DNA of 64,000 nucleotides from Eledone cirrhosa (lineage: Eukaryota): contig OZ024741.1 of assembly GCA_964016885.1 (NCBI GenBank), positions 64,170,001 to 64,234,000 on the forward strand. The letters are read 5' to 3'. Shown here in pieces: positions 51,301-62,746 of this stretch (position 1 is the stretch's first letter; every line of letters starts with the position of its first letter). The position numbers and the translations under genes were made by a program. Under the pieces are notes generated by a model that worked only from the letters and a program-made list of their open reading frames with translations, did not search any database and was not told where the DNA came from.

Positions 51301-51826
51301 TCTATCGACCAGGTCGAATCGATCGAGTAACCCCTTGAGGCTGCTACACCCCCCTCTATCGGGACATGCCCCTGCATAGTCCCAACGCGCATCCAGGATT
51401 CCATTCCAGTCCCCCACTAAAAGCAGGGAACGCGACGTTCCTAGAAAAGTCTCCAGACGCTGGAAGAAGTCGGCTCTTTCAGCCCCGAAGGGGGCATAAA
51501 GACCGACCAGCCTGAAAGCCCCGCCTTCACCGCCTCCGACGTCCAGCACCAGTAATCGACCCCCCGGGTCCGAGTGAACAATCTGTACGTCGAGAGCCAG
51601 ACGTTTATCCAGCAGTACGGCAACTCCCCCCCCCCCCACCTCCGGGTTGACAGAGAGATGCGTGCATCTCAAAGTCATCGAAGGCGGGCGCCAGCTGTCT
51701 CACGCTGCTGATCCGACTCTCGCAAACAACCATCACATCTATACTTTGTGACCTGAGGTCACTTAGAAGCTTTGCTTGCTTCCAAGCTGAGCCCAGGCCA
51801 CGCGCGTTCAAACAGCCAACTCTCAA
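48395..51826 (-). pseudogene. ORF2 of copy A (APE endonuclease, RT, zinc finger) with frameshifts near 51630, 49270 and 48860
   Basis: VGCLNARG, GDWN, YLDRFL, SDHK, QGCPLS, YADD, CPRC..ETVAHAL.HC spread over successive ORFs. Confidence 0.88.
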
Positions 51827-51831
51827 TTGAT

Positions 51832-53687
51832 CTATTTTGGTGTTGAAAGTGAAGAAAGAAAAGCACCTACCTCTCCGGGTTGTGTAATTTCCATGGCATC
51901 AGGTGTGTTGGGTGGAGGGATGTTTTGTGGTGGTGTGGGGGTACTCGTGTGTGGTGGGGTTGGGGTATTTGGAGTTGTGTCAGGGAGAGGGGCGGTTATG
52001 GGGAAATCTTTCAAGAGGACGCGATTTAACGGTTTTAAACAGAGGGGGCTCACGTCCCGTCTAAATTGTTCTTTTAAGGAACGATAAAGGTCCAGAGGGA
52101 CCTTTATCATTTTTAAATGGGTGAAGTTCTCTGTTGAGATAAAGTTTGGCCCTTCGGTCTGCACCATAGGGTTATTGTTTATTAATTTAACCAGTTTTTT
52201 GTTTTCTTTATTTATATATGTGTATTGCAACGTCTTTTTTTGTGATGCTGTCAATGTTTCGGAGAGGGGAGGCGCAGATTTATTTTTGTTTGTTGAGGGT
52301 GGGGTGTTTTTGATTGGAGTTGGTGTTTGTGTGTGGGTTATTTGTGGTGTGCTGGGTGTGTGTTTTCTTTTTTTTCTTTTAACTTGTCTGAAGGCTTCTC
52401 CTCCTTCTTCTTCAGAAGTTGGGGGAAACTCTTCAGCGCTAGGTGGGAGGGACGTGTTGTGTGGTTGTTGTTTTTTTGCGGGAGAGGTAGATTTGTTACT
52501 GTTTTTTTTATTATTTGTTTGGAATGGGTTTTGTGGTGGTGGTGGTGGTAATGTTTGTGTCGTGCTTGTGGTTGGTGATGGTGGTGGTGATGTTTGTGTT
52601 GTGGTTGGTGGTGGTGATTTTTGTGTCGTGCTTGTGTTTGGTGCTGGTGGTGGTGATGTTTGTGTTGTGTTTGTGGTTGGTGGTGTCTGTATTTTGTTTG
52701 CTGTGTGTGGTATTAGTGTATTTTTGGAGGTGGGTGGTGTTGGTGTACTGTTTGTGGTGGGTGTGGGCAATAGTCCTTTTTGGGGGATACGTTTCGGGCA
52801 GTTAGCCTTAACGTGTCCCCTTTCCATGCATAAATAGCATGCTGGTCTTCTCCCCTCTACAATTATATCTATTGGGGTAAGGTCATCCAGCCAGATGCGA
52901 TCCGGGATTTGTGCTATTCTTTCGGGCCTCATTTGGACTAGTATGTCGAGGCCCATTCCCAGGAACGCATCTCCAGTTGCCTTCCCCATTGACAGCATTG
53001 TGTCTTCGCCCATGTCTATGAAGCCAGCAATAGCCCACCAGAAGTCCATTGTGGGCAGCATTGTTTTTACTTTTACTCTCTGTGTTCTTCTACCCATGTA
53101 GGAGGGATAGAAGCTGTATGTTGTCGATGAGAGTGGGCTTAGGGAAAGCTTCTCCGCCGTTTCCTTGTCTTTTGTTAGGACCGAAATGCTGCCATAGAGT
53201 CGGTCCTTTCGTATGAAGAGAATATTCTTCATATAGTCTTTTAGGACCAACTCTATTTCCATTTGGCTGGGCTGTGCTGGCTTTCTTGTCTGGTTCAGTA
53301 TAGTTCTGAAGAGAACTGTGCTCTCTGTTCTGGCTTTCTTGAATTCTGGGGGGGGGGGGGGTTAATGGAAAACATTCCGTTCTCCCCCAAGACTATTTGT
53401 TTTTTCGCTTCGGCCAGTTTTTCTCTGGCGGCAGTTAAGTCAATTGGTGTGTATGTTATGGATTGTTTTGTTTTCTCGGCGAAAGTTGCCCTGTTGTTAT
53501 TTGTATTATTTTCTGTTTGTTTGTTTTCCGTTTGCTCATTTTCCTTAACATTTGTTTTTTCATTTTCCTTGTTTGTTTCGTTGTCTAATTTTGTTGTAAT
53601 TATTTTTTGTTCTTCAGACTTGGGGGGGGGGGGGCGTGGCAGAGCTAATGGCAGACATGTCTGCCATCTTTTCCGCCATGCTGCCAA
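51832..53687 (-). pseudogene. ORF1 of copy A (gag-like CCHC knuckle, P/T-rich), frameshifted near 53300
   Basis: CYLCMERGHVKANC; homologous to 57583-59460. Confidence 0.8.
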
Positions 53688-54111
53688 GAAAGAAATTTTT
53701 CGGCAAAAATAGATATTTATTTTACCCCCTAAAAAGGGGGTAAATGCAAAAATGTTTCCCTAAATAACAGGGGTTAGTGTTCCAAATGTGTTGCACTGAA
53801 AAATTTATCCGGTACTTACTATAGTAAGGGTAAATCCCGATGGAATAGCGGAGCCGATGTGAAGCGTGTCTTACTCTATCAAGATAGATAGATAGATTTC
53901 TTTATTTACCATAAAGGCATAAAAAGAAGGGACAAATACAAAGGGGGAGTTTACATATAATCGAGTAAAAAGGGTGTAACATGAAAATAATCGAAAATAA
54001 CCTCAAAAGGGAGGAGACGTGATGGGGGTTGCACACACCCCCGAAAAAGTGTGCAATCCTTTGCCCGGGGAGCACATGGAGAAGGTGCTCCCCTCTCCTT
54101 TACTTCTTTAC

Positions 54112-57100
54112 CTACAGGATGGTATACAGAGAAGGCCCATTTACACGAGCCATTCTCGCCACTATCACCCACCTTTCATAAAACTGCCTGTGGCCAAGCA
54201 CCTCTCTCTCCATTCTTATCCTTCTTCCGAAGTGATATCGGAAGAAGTAGACCAGACTATGGCCAGAGAGGAAGTTGCCTGACCTCAGACCTTTCAATCG
54301 TGTCCACCAAACAACCTCTTTCAACATGGCTATTACGCACAGAAAAACCGCCTTTGCTTCCTTTGTGAAGAGGGGAGGCGGTTTGATTGTCATCACGGAC
54401 TCGGCGGTCAATTTAATCGGCGCCACCCGCGACAGCAGTTGTTCGGCGTAGCCCCACAGATCAGCCACGCCAGGACATTGCACCAATGCGTGCGCCACGG
54501 TTTCTTCGTGACGCACGCATCTAGGGCAACTCTTTTTTGAGGGATCCCTGCCCGGGCGCCCGTGTCTGTAGAGCCTCTCTCGAACGGGTAGAGCCCCTCG
54601 GTAGCACTGCCAGGCCAGTGACTTCTGGAAGTTGTCCATTGGTCCTGGGCCGAAAGTCCTACCGAACAGGCTGGCCAGTTCGTCTTCCTCCATGTCCAGC
54701 GACTCTCCAAGGGTGTCATCGCCCCTGCTAGCCACCAGCCCTCTATAGAATGATGAGGTGGATTCTCCACCGATGGCCCGGCCCGCTTGCCAGAGAGCCC
54801 TGAGCGCCTGAGCACACTCAGTGTGCCAGTCTCCCAGTTTTCCGGATCTTTGCTTGACCCAGGACTGTAGCTCGGTGAGTGAGACGAGTCTCGGAAAGGC
54901 TCGTTTCACGAACGGAGCCCACACCGGTTGACCAGTGAGGAATACCTGTAGGTGCCGTAGCCTTAATGCGTGCCTACGCATCATCAACCACGGCATCCCC
55001 AGCCCTCCTTTCGAAGGTTGTTGGCAGCAGATGGATCTTCTCACCATAGGAGGACGCTTCTTCCAAAGAAATTGGAAGAGCATGCGTTCCATGGTGGTGA
55101 GTGTTTCTTTAGGGCAAGGCACGACGGTCAGGCGGTAGTAAGTGACGGACGCTATGTAAATGTTCGCCACCTCCGCCCGGCCTTTTAGGGACAGCTTACA
55201 CTTGGCCCATTTCTGGGTTAGTGCAAACACCTTGTTCGTAACCTCGTTCCAGTTCTTTTCCACCTGGAGGTCCGGTCCAAACCAGACCCCAAGCAACTTT
55301 ACCGGGCCCTCCGTCCAGTGTCCGACGACACCGTCAGGAGGCATCAGTTTGCCTCTCCACGTTCCGAGTTGCAGCCCGATGGATTTTTCCCGGTTCAGTT
55401 TCGCTCCTGACAACCTTTCGTACTCCTCCAGTAAGGTACCGATCGCCTCGATCTCCGAGTCGGTTGATACCATTACTGTTACGTCATCGGCGTAGGCCGA
55501 CACCGCTTTGCTCAATCCTGGTTCCAGGGGGATACCCTGCAACAACTCCAACTTCCTCAGTAAAGGCTCGAGAGTCAATACGTACAGAAGGGAGGAGAGA
55601 GGGCACCCCTGTCGAATGGATCGTGTGATTTCGAACGGCTTCGAAAGGTAGCCGTTCACCTTGATCCTAGAACAGATGTGGTTGCTATGTAGGGCAGTGA
55701 TCCAGCCTCTGAAAACAGGACCGAACCCAGCCGCCGCTAGCACCGCATCCAGGTAACCATGGTCGACCCTATCGAAGGCCTTAGACTGATCCAAGTTGAT
55801 CAGGGCCCCACCGAAGCCGGGTTTGTTGCCAACCCTCTCTATGATGTATCGCATGAGGTGGAGGTTATCGTGAATGGACCTGGATGGGATAGCACATGTC
55901 TGCGCATCTCCCACCCGGCCACCCACGACAAGCGCCAACCTCTTTGCTAACACCTTGGCCAAAATCTTTAACTCTGTGTTTAGCAGGGTTATGGGCCGAA
56001 AATTATTTATACTATCCCCCTTTTTCTCGTCCTTCCTCACCAGCGTGACTACGCCCTTGGCTACAGAACAAGGAATTCTCCCGTTCTGCTGCCAATTGCA
56101 GTAGACCGCTTCGAGGAGTTCGGAGAAGAAGACCGGCATTGCTAAATAAAGTTCGTAAGGTATACCATCGAGACCTGGAGATTTGCGTCTGCTGCATTGG
56201 CTCAGCGCATCTCCGATCTCATCAGCCGAGATTGGTCCCTCGCAGGACTCTGCCTCTTTGCTCGAGAGACGCGGCAGGCCGTCGAGGTATGGACCGAAAT
56301 CCACGCCCCGGCCCGGACCCTCGCCTCCCCCGAACAATCGGGCAAAGTGCTTTTGAAAGGCCTCGCACATCTGCTTAGGCTCCCGGATCACTCGTCCATC
56401 TTCGTCTTGCAACGACCGGATGGTGGATCGATTTCCACTTTTAGCTTCTGTCACGCGGGCCCATCCAACGGCTTTGGCCCCCTCATTACCTAGAGCACGT
56501 ATTTTACTTCGAATGACGCAGCCTTCATGCTTTGCATCGAAAAACTGGTTCAAGGCTGTCCTCGATGCCAGCACTCTGGCCACATCTTCGCTCTTGATTG
56601 CCTCTTCTAATTTACCTGTTAATTCTTTCTCGTTTCTATTCCTATTGGCAGCTAACATCTTGCTATAACTTATTGATTCTGTTCTAATCTCTCTTTTGAG
56701 AGATGCCCACCATCGGTTGTTGACGATTGCACCCGTCAACCTCTCCTTAACTAATCTGCTAATCCGGTTTCTGTAAGTCTCTTTTGCCGGTAAAGACAAA
56801 TTAAGTTTCCAGTAACCGGGACCCTGTCTATGTGTTTTCTCGAGATTGACCACGCAGGTCACTAATTTGTGATCCGTGTAGCCAACCGTGCGCATTTCTG
56901 GACAGCTTAATATGTCCCTATCCTTACTTCTAACTAAGAATCTATCTAAGTACGATCTAGATTGACCACTGTGGTTTCTCCAAGTCCAGGTAGGCACAGT
57001 TGGAAAATCTAGTCGATATCTATCGACCAAGTTAAAACGGTCGAGTAACCCCTTGAGGCTGTTACACCCCCCTCTATTAGGACATGCTCCTGCATAGTCC

Positions 57101-57549
57101 CAACGTGCATCTAGGATGTCATTCCAATCCCCCGCTAGAAGCAGGGAACGCGACGTTCCCAGAAAAGTCTCCAAACGCTGGAAGAAGTCGGGCCGTTCAG
57201 CTCCGAAAGGAGAGTAGACGGCGACCAGTCTCAAGGCCGCACTTTCACTACTGCCAACGTCTAGCACCAACAAACGACCCTCCGGGTCCGAGTGCACAAC
57301 CTGTACGGCAAGACCCAGGTGTTTTTGCAGCAGCACGACAACCCCACCCCCACCTCCAGGTTGACAGAGAGATGCATGCACCTCAAAGTCATCGAAGGTG
57401 GGGGCCAGCTGCCGCATGACGCTGATTCGAGTCTCACAGATAACCATTACATTTATACTACATGACCTGAGGTCATTTAGAAGCTTTGCTTGCTTCCAAG
57501 TTGAGCCCAGGCCACGTGCATTCAAACATCCTACTCTTAACACATCCAT
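54112..57549 (-). CDS. ORF2: APE endonuclease, reverse transcriptase, C-terminal zinc finger (1145 aa)
   Basis: Uninterrupted ORF with CLNARG, ET, GDWN, LDRFL, TDHK, KSPGLDG, LDQSKAFDRV, QGCPLS, YADD, CPRC..H...C. Confidence 0.95.
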   Translation of the reverse strand: MDVLRVGCLNARGLGSTWKQAKLLNDLRSCSINVMVICETRISVMRQLAPTFDDFEVHASLCQPGGGGGVVVLLQKHLGLAVQVVHSDPEGRLLVLDVGSSESAALRLVAVYSPFGAERPDFFQRLETFLGTSRSLLLAGDWNDILDARWDYAGACPNRGGCNSLKGLLDRFNLVDRYRLDFPTVPTWTWRNHSGQSRSYLDRFLVRSKDRDILSCPEMRTVGYTDHKLVTCVVNLEKTHRQGPGYWKLNLSLPAKETYRNRISRLVKERLTGAIVNNRWWASLKREIRTESISYSKMLAANRNRNEKELTGKLEEAIKSEDVARVLASRTALNQFFDAKHEGCVIRSKIRALGNEGAKAVGWARVTEAKSGNRSTIRSLQDEDGRVIREPKQMCEAFQKHFARLFGGGEGPGRGVDFGPYLDGLPRLSSKEAESCEGPISADEIGDALSQCSRRKSPGLDGIPYELYLAMPVFFSELLEAVYCNWQQNGRIPCSVAKGVVTLVRKDEKKGDSINNFRPITLLNTELKILAKVLAKRLALVVGGRVGDAQTCAIPSRSIHDNLHLMRYIIERVGNKPGFGGALINLDQSKAFDRVDHGYLDAVLAAAGFGPVFRGWITALHSNHICSRIKVNGYLSKPFEITRSIRQGCPLSSLLYVLTLEPLLRKLELLQGIPLEPGLSKAVSAYADDVTVMVSTDSEIEAIGTLLEEYERLSGAKLNREKSIGLQLGTWRGKLMPPDGVVGHWTEGPVKLLGVWFGPDLQVEKNWNEVTNKVFALTQKWAKCKLSLKGRAEVANIYIASVTYYRLTVVPCPKETLTTMERMLFQFLWKKRPPMVRRSICCQQPSKGGLGMPWLMMRRHALRLRHLQVFLTGQPVWAPFVKRAFPRLVSLTELQSWVKQRSGKLGDWHTECAQALRALWQAGRAIGGESTSSFYRGLVASRGDDTLGESLDMEEDELASLFGRTFGPGPMDNFQKSLAWQCYRGALPVRERLYRHGRPGRDPSKKSCPRCVRHEETVAHALVQCPGVADLWGYAEQLLSRVAPIKLTAESVMTIKPPPLFTKEAKAVFLCVIAMLKEVVWWTRLKGLRSGNFLSGHSLVYFFRYHFGRRIRMEREVLGHRQFYERWVIVARMARVNGPSLYTIL

Positions 57550-57582
57550 GTGGGCGGCAGAGCCAAAGGAGAGTGTAAAGAC

Positions 57583-59460
57583 CTACCTTTCCGCTTCCCG
57601 GGGTTCGGGTTGCACGACTTCCATGGGGTCGGGGGTGTTGGGTGAAGGGGTGTCTTGTGGTGGTGTGGGGTCGTCGGTGTGTGGTGGGGTTGGGGTGTTT
57701 GGAGTTGTGTTGGGGAGGGGAAGGGGAGGGGGAAAGCTTTTTAGTAGGACGCGGTTTATGGGTTTGACAGAGGGTGGTCCTACGTCCTCCTTAAAATCCT
57801 TTTTTAGTTTTTGGTAGAGGTTCATTGGGATTTTTATTAGTTTTAAATGTGGGTGGTTTTCTGATGAAACAAAGTTTACACCTTCGGTTTGTACCGAAGG
57901 ATTATTGTATATGAGTTCATTTAATTTATTATTGTTTCTGTTGATGTAAGTATAGTGTAATGTCTTTTTTTCCGATGGTGTGAGTGTTTCGAAGAGGGGA
58001 GGGGCAGGTTTGGTTTTGTTTGTTGCTGGAGGGGTGTTTTCTGTTTTGTTAGATTGTGTTGCGATTTGGGTGGGGGTTGTTTGTCCTTGTGTGTTTTGCA
58101 CATGTTTTCTTTTTTTCCTTTTAATCTGTCTGAAAGACTCCGTTTCTTCCTCCGAATTCGTTGGGTTATCTTCAGTGTTGGAGGGAAGAGGTATGTTTGC
58201 TGGTAATGTTTCCGTGTTGGTTTTCTTTGTGGGGGAGATGGATGTCACTATGTTAGACTGTGTTGTGTGTTGTGTCTGCGGTGGTTGAGTTGTTTTATTG
58301 AGTGAGAGGTTGGGTGGGCCTGTATTTTGTTTTGGGGTAATGTGTTGTGACTGTTTGTGTTGTGGTGGTGTTGTGGTGTTACTGAGGGACGGGTTGGGTG
58401 GGACTGAGTTTTGTTGTTTGTTTATCTGTTGTGGTGGTGGTGGTGGAGCTGGTGTTGGTAGCAGGGTTTTCTTTTTGTTGAGTTGGGGACAAGCGGCCTT
58501 CAGGTGCCCTCTGCCTGCACAGATATGGCAGGACGGCCTTCTCCCCTCCACGCTAATGTTTATATACCCGTGGTCCTCTAATAGGATTCTGTCGGGTATT
58601 TGGGCGATGCGTTCAGGCTTCATTTGTACTACCAGCTCTATACCTGTTCCACTGAACGCATTGCCTGTGGTTTTCCCAATGGAAATCACGTTGTCATTCA
58701 CTGGATCGATGAAGCCAGCTATGAGCCAGCAGTAGTCCACATCTGGCATCATTGCATCCAGCCATATGCGTTGAGTTTTTTTTCCCATATAAGATGGATA
58801 AAAGGTGAAATTTTTCGAACGAATCGGTGACAAAGCACATTTTTTTGCCGCCGATTCGTTCTTCATGATAATTGCTAGGCTTCCATACAGTCTGTCTTTT
58901 CTTATGAAAGTTGTTTCATTCAGTACTTCTGCGAGTACTGTTTTGATATCTGCTTGAGAAGGCTGTTCAGGTTTTTTTGTACTGTTGTTGATGGTCCGAA
59001 ACTTGACCGTTCGGCTTTCAATGTCTTTCGTGAATTCTTGAGGCATTTTTACCAATAAAATACCATTCTCACCTTCACTTATGTATTGTTTTGCGTCCGT
59101 GATCCTTCGTACCACATCTGAAATGTTTTCCGCTATATAAGTCAAAGATTTCTTTGTTTTCTGTGCAAATGAAATCTTGTCGTCTGCTTTATTTTCTGAT
59201 ATGATGTTATTTTCAACTGTTATTTTTTTGTTTGTTGTGTCTTTGTTTGTGTTATTAGTATTGTCATGCAATTTTTCAAATTTTTTTTTCTCGTTGTTTT
59301 CGTCATTTAATTTTTCCTCCGCAGATTCGTCCGTTTTTATTTTCATTTTTCCTTCCTTCTCTATGACGTTAGTTGGGAAGGAAGGGAGGACTAAAGCGTG
59401 CGAGCTTACAACTCTTACCGCTGTCCCCCCACCACTATTTTCGTTCGCTGCGTTTAACAT
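57583..59460 (-). CDS. ORF1: nucleic-acid-binding gag-like protein (625 aa)
   Basis: CHICAGRGHLKAAC zinc knuckle; directly upstream of ORF2. Confidence 0.88.
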   Translation of the reverse strand: MLNAANENSGGGTAVRVVSSHALVLPSFPTNVIEKEGKMKIKTDESAEEKLNDENNEKKKFEKLHDNTNNTNKDTTNKKITVENNIISENKADDKISFAQKTKKSLTYIAENISDVVRRITDAKQYISEGENGILLVKMPQEFTKDIESRTVKFRTINNSTKKPEQPSQADIKTVLAEVLNETTFIRKDRLYGSLAIIMKNESAAKKCALSPIRSKNFTFYPSYMGKKTQRIWLDAMMPDVDYCWLIAGFIDPVNDNVISIGKTTGNAFSGTGIELVVQMKPERIAQIPDRILLEDHGYINISVEGRRPSCHICAGRGHLKAACPQLNKKKTLLPTPAPPPPPQQINKQQNSVPPNPSLSNTTTPPQHKQSQHITPKQNTGPPNLSLNKTTQPPQTQHTTQSNIVTSISPTKKTNTETLPANIPLPSNTEDNPTNSEEETESFRQIKRKKRKHVQNTQGQTTPTQIATQSNKTENTPPATNKTKPAPPLFETLTPSEKKTLHYTYINRNNNKLNELIYNNPSVQTEGVNFVSSENHPHLKLIKIPMNLYQKLKKDFKEDVGPPSVKPINRVLLKSFPPPLPLPNTTPNTPTPPHTDDPTPPQDTPSPNTPDPMEVVQPEPREAER

Positions 59461-59875
59461 TTCTGTTAGACGATTGAAATTTTTTACACAAAATTTTTTA
59501 AAACAGGTTTTTCACCTCTAGGAGGGGTAAAGATGAGCTGACCCACCGCCTGACAGTTCAGACGGAGGGTCAAGCTACACAATTGTATCAAAATTAAGTT
59601 TGAACTCACAAAATTTCCTCAATAAATTTGAACAAAACTTCTGTGCGAAGTGAATGACATCCACACTGTAGAACAGACGACAGCTAGCTCATCTATCAAG
59701 ATAGATAGATAGATAGATAGATATACACGGGTGTGTATGATTGTGTATAGAAGATTATATTAATAAGAGGAATTCCAACTTTGTCTGATTTACTAGTTTT
59801 ATTTACAATCCTTTAAAATTTATAATGGTATTATAATGAAATAGTATGATAGAATATTAAATGTTAAGTGTTAAT

Positions 59876-59914
59876 TGAACAAGTACTTTCATGCTTTCGC
59901 AATCTTCAGGTTCA
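59876..59914 (-). ncRNA. Minimal type I hammerhead
   Basis: tgaac CTGAAGA t-tgc-gaaa-gca-t GAAA gtac TT gttca. Confidence 0.82.
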
Positions 59915-59991
59915 TAATGTGTGGTGACAGTCAAGTTTGCAATTTTTAACTGTCAGTTGAAAATTGCAAACTTGACGGTCACCACACATTA

Positions 59992-60030
59992 TGAACCTGA
60001 AGATTGCGAAAGCATGAAAGTACTTGTTTA
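59992..60030 (+). ncRNA. Minimal type I hammerhead
   Basis: tgaac CTGAAGA ttgcgaaagcat GAAA gtac TT gttta; palindromic stem III. Confidence 0.82.
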
Positions 60031-60142
60031 ATTAACACTTAACATTTAATATTCTATCATACTATTTCATTATGATACCATTATAAATTTTAAAGGATTG
60101 TAAATAAAGCTAGTAAATCAGACAAAGTTGGAATTCTTCTTA

Positions 60143-60286
<144 letters not shown>

Positions 60287-61240
60287 CTATCTGTCCTCTC
60301 TGTCAGGTTTTAACTTGTAACCCATTGTAACATCCGATCCTGTAAATATAATGTCGAACAAATCATCCGCACCGCCGCCACCACCACCACCAAACACATC
60401 GCCATACGTCCACCATCCCTCATTCACAACCTTGTTTTCCCCGTGTTCCCTATGTCATTTTTTAACCTGTATTCCATCGTAAAATTCGATCCTGTAAATA
60501 TCATGTCGCATCCACCACCACCACCACCGCCACCAGGCACATCGCCATCCTTCCACAACTATCAACATCACCAACACATATCATCCCTCCCTAAACAACG
60601 CATGTGTGTGTGTCTGTGTAAGTATATTCGTACAACGCCATTTCCACTGGCTCTCTCTCTCTATATATATATATACACATGAGTATGTATACAACGTATT
60701 TGTCAGACTAAGTGTGTCTATGTATGTATCTCCTTATGGAAATGACACCACGAACACAATCATCACACCACCATAAACACTGCAACCTTTCATCTTTATC
60801 AAAAACAACACCACACCCACACCACCATCCACTTCAACCTGCGACCGTCACCACCAACTTATCAACCCCCCCCCTACACACACACACATACACATACACT
60901 ACAGGTAAAAACATCCCTATGAATTAATCCACCAATCAAAACAAACTTTAATGACCACCATAGGAACGTCTGACTTTATCATACAGCATGTATTCATTTT
61001 TCTATTAACATTACAAGGGGTCTGACGAACCGCGGTTTACAGAGTCGGGTCAGATCGATACAGATCGAACCTTGAGCTGATCAGTGGAGATACGCGCATC
61101 ACCAACCAATAAACGTAATGAAGGAGTAACCAATCGTCCTTGTTATCTTATTTCACTTTGCTCTACGATTCTTATATATTTGATATATATTTATCCTTAT
61201 CGAGCCATCTTTGGATTTTAGTCTTCAAATTTATTATTAT

Positions 61241-61278
<38 letters not shown>

Positions 61279-61435
61279 ATACTTTGGGAGGGTCATGTTG
61301 CCAATAAGAAACACACGCACCAGTTACTTTCACTTCAATTTATTATATATTTTATATTTATAAATTTATAAATTTATAAATTTATAAATTTCTGGTTGGT
61401 TGGTTGGTTCCACAACCAGATAGTTGTTTATATAT

Positions 61436-61480
61436 AGTCATAGTTCTTTCGTCACACACTCTGTGACCTCTTCAGTGACT
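61436..61480 (-). ncRNA. Minimal type I hammerhead
   Basis: agtca CTGAAGA ggtcac..gtgac GAAA gaac TA tgact. Confidence 0.8.
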
Positions 61481-61680
61481 GGGGATTCCTTTCTTTGTTT
61501 CTGTGCCTCTCCTTTGTTCTGTCCTACGCCATTTTGTTTCTGTGTGTGTGTTGTGTGCTCAGTCTGCGCATGCGCCACATCCGGCTGTCTGTGTGTGTTT
61601 ATGTTCATTTATTTATTTGTTTATTTACATGTTACTGGTTGGTTGTTTGTTCTATGTGTGTATGTGTTTTCATTTTGTCC

Positions 61681-62733
61681 TTAATTGTAAGTTGTGATGT
61701 TGCTGTTCCACTCATATTTTCTATTTAATTTTGGTTGTAATTCTTTTATGTTTATTGCCTCTGTAATTTGTCTAAACATTGCGTCTTTTCTGTGTGTAGA
61801 TTCTATTTTTATTTCTATGTTCTCTAATTTACCCTTGTGTTCTATTTTAGCATGTTGGTAGAGTACAGATGATTCTTTACTATCTTGAAGGTCTCGCCAG
61901 TGTTCATTTATCCGTTCCCCTACACTACGAGCTGTCTCACCTATGTACACTATATTTTTGTCTCTACATTGTCCTTCGGTACATCTTATGCTATACACTA
62001 CATTTCTAGTTTTACAGTTAATATGGGGGCTTATTTTACAGGTTATACATTTCTTATCTATACATGAGGGTCTTTGAAAAGGGTATGTCTTGCTAATAAG
62101 TGTTTTTACGGAGGTACCTGGTCTTTCTACTATCTTAATATTGAGTTTTGAGGGGTTGTATTGATGAACATTACACTCTGGTATTTATTGCTATCATACC
62201 ATGAGTTCATTCTATTAGCCTTGTTCCTAGTTCTTTCTATTCTATTCCAAAATTTGCTCCTATACAAGGGACAGGTCCCATTTATGTCATTATTTACCAT
62301 TTTTTCCCATTTGGTTCTGGCTCCTCTATACACTCTGATTTTATCTCTCTGATTGTAGCCAGAGAACTGCATACGGTGGATGAAGTGTTGTATGTGTCTC
62401 TCTAGTTCTTCAGGGTTGCACATGCGGGACACATTTCTCATCACCCGTACCAAATCCGCAATCAGTATGTTGATTTTGGTATGGTCCGAAATGGCCGAGT
62501 TTCGGTGGATCAGATGTTTGGAAGTCATGGGTTTGGCATAATGGGAATGGAGGATTTGTTTTTTGTTGTTAATGGTATCTAACCAGAGCTCTGTGTCTAG
62601 TACAGGTAATCGATGGTTGGGGTGTTTACTTGGGTAGTCTATAGTAACTCTAATGCTCTGGTTGATGGAGTTTGCTATTTGCTGGATGCTTTCCATTGTG
62701 TTTTTCTCTAGTTCCTGACTGTTCTCTAGTGGG
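61681..62733 (-). pseudogene. PLE RT thumb plus GIY-YIG, frameshifted or deleted near 62140
   Basis: RLPVLDTELW..FSGY and VYSIRC..YIGETARS.GER..EH..EA..I....P.LN. Confidence 0.82.
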
Positions 62734-62746
62734 AGAAAAATCTGCA

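Larger units (their letters stand above)
53897..59698 (-). mobile_element. Full-length, apparently intact Tx1/L1-clade LINE (copy B) in (GATA)n
   Basis: Two intact ORFs; (GATA)n at both ends (53883-53896, 59699-59723). Confidence 0.93.

Noticed and set aside
49252-59521. Plus-strand ORFs overlapping the Tx1 elements
   Set aside because: Antisense shadows of GC-rich or low-complexity coding sequence.
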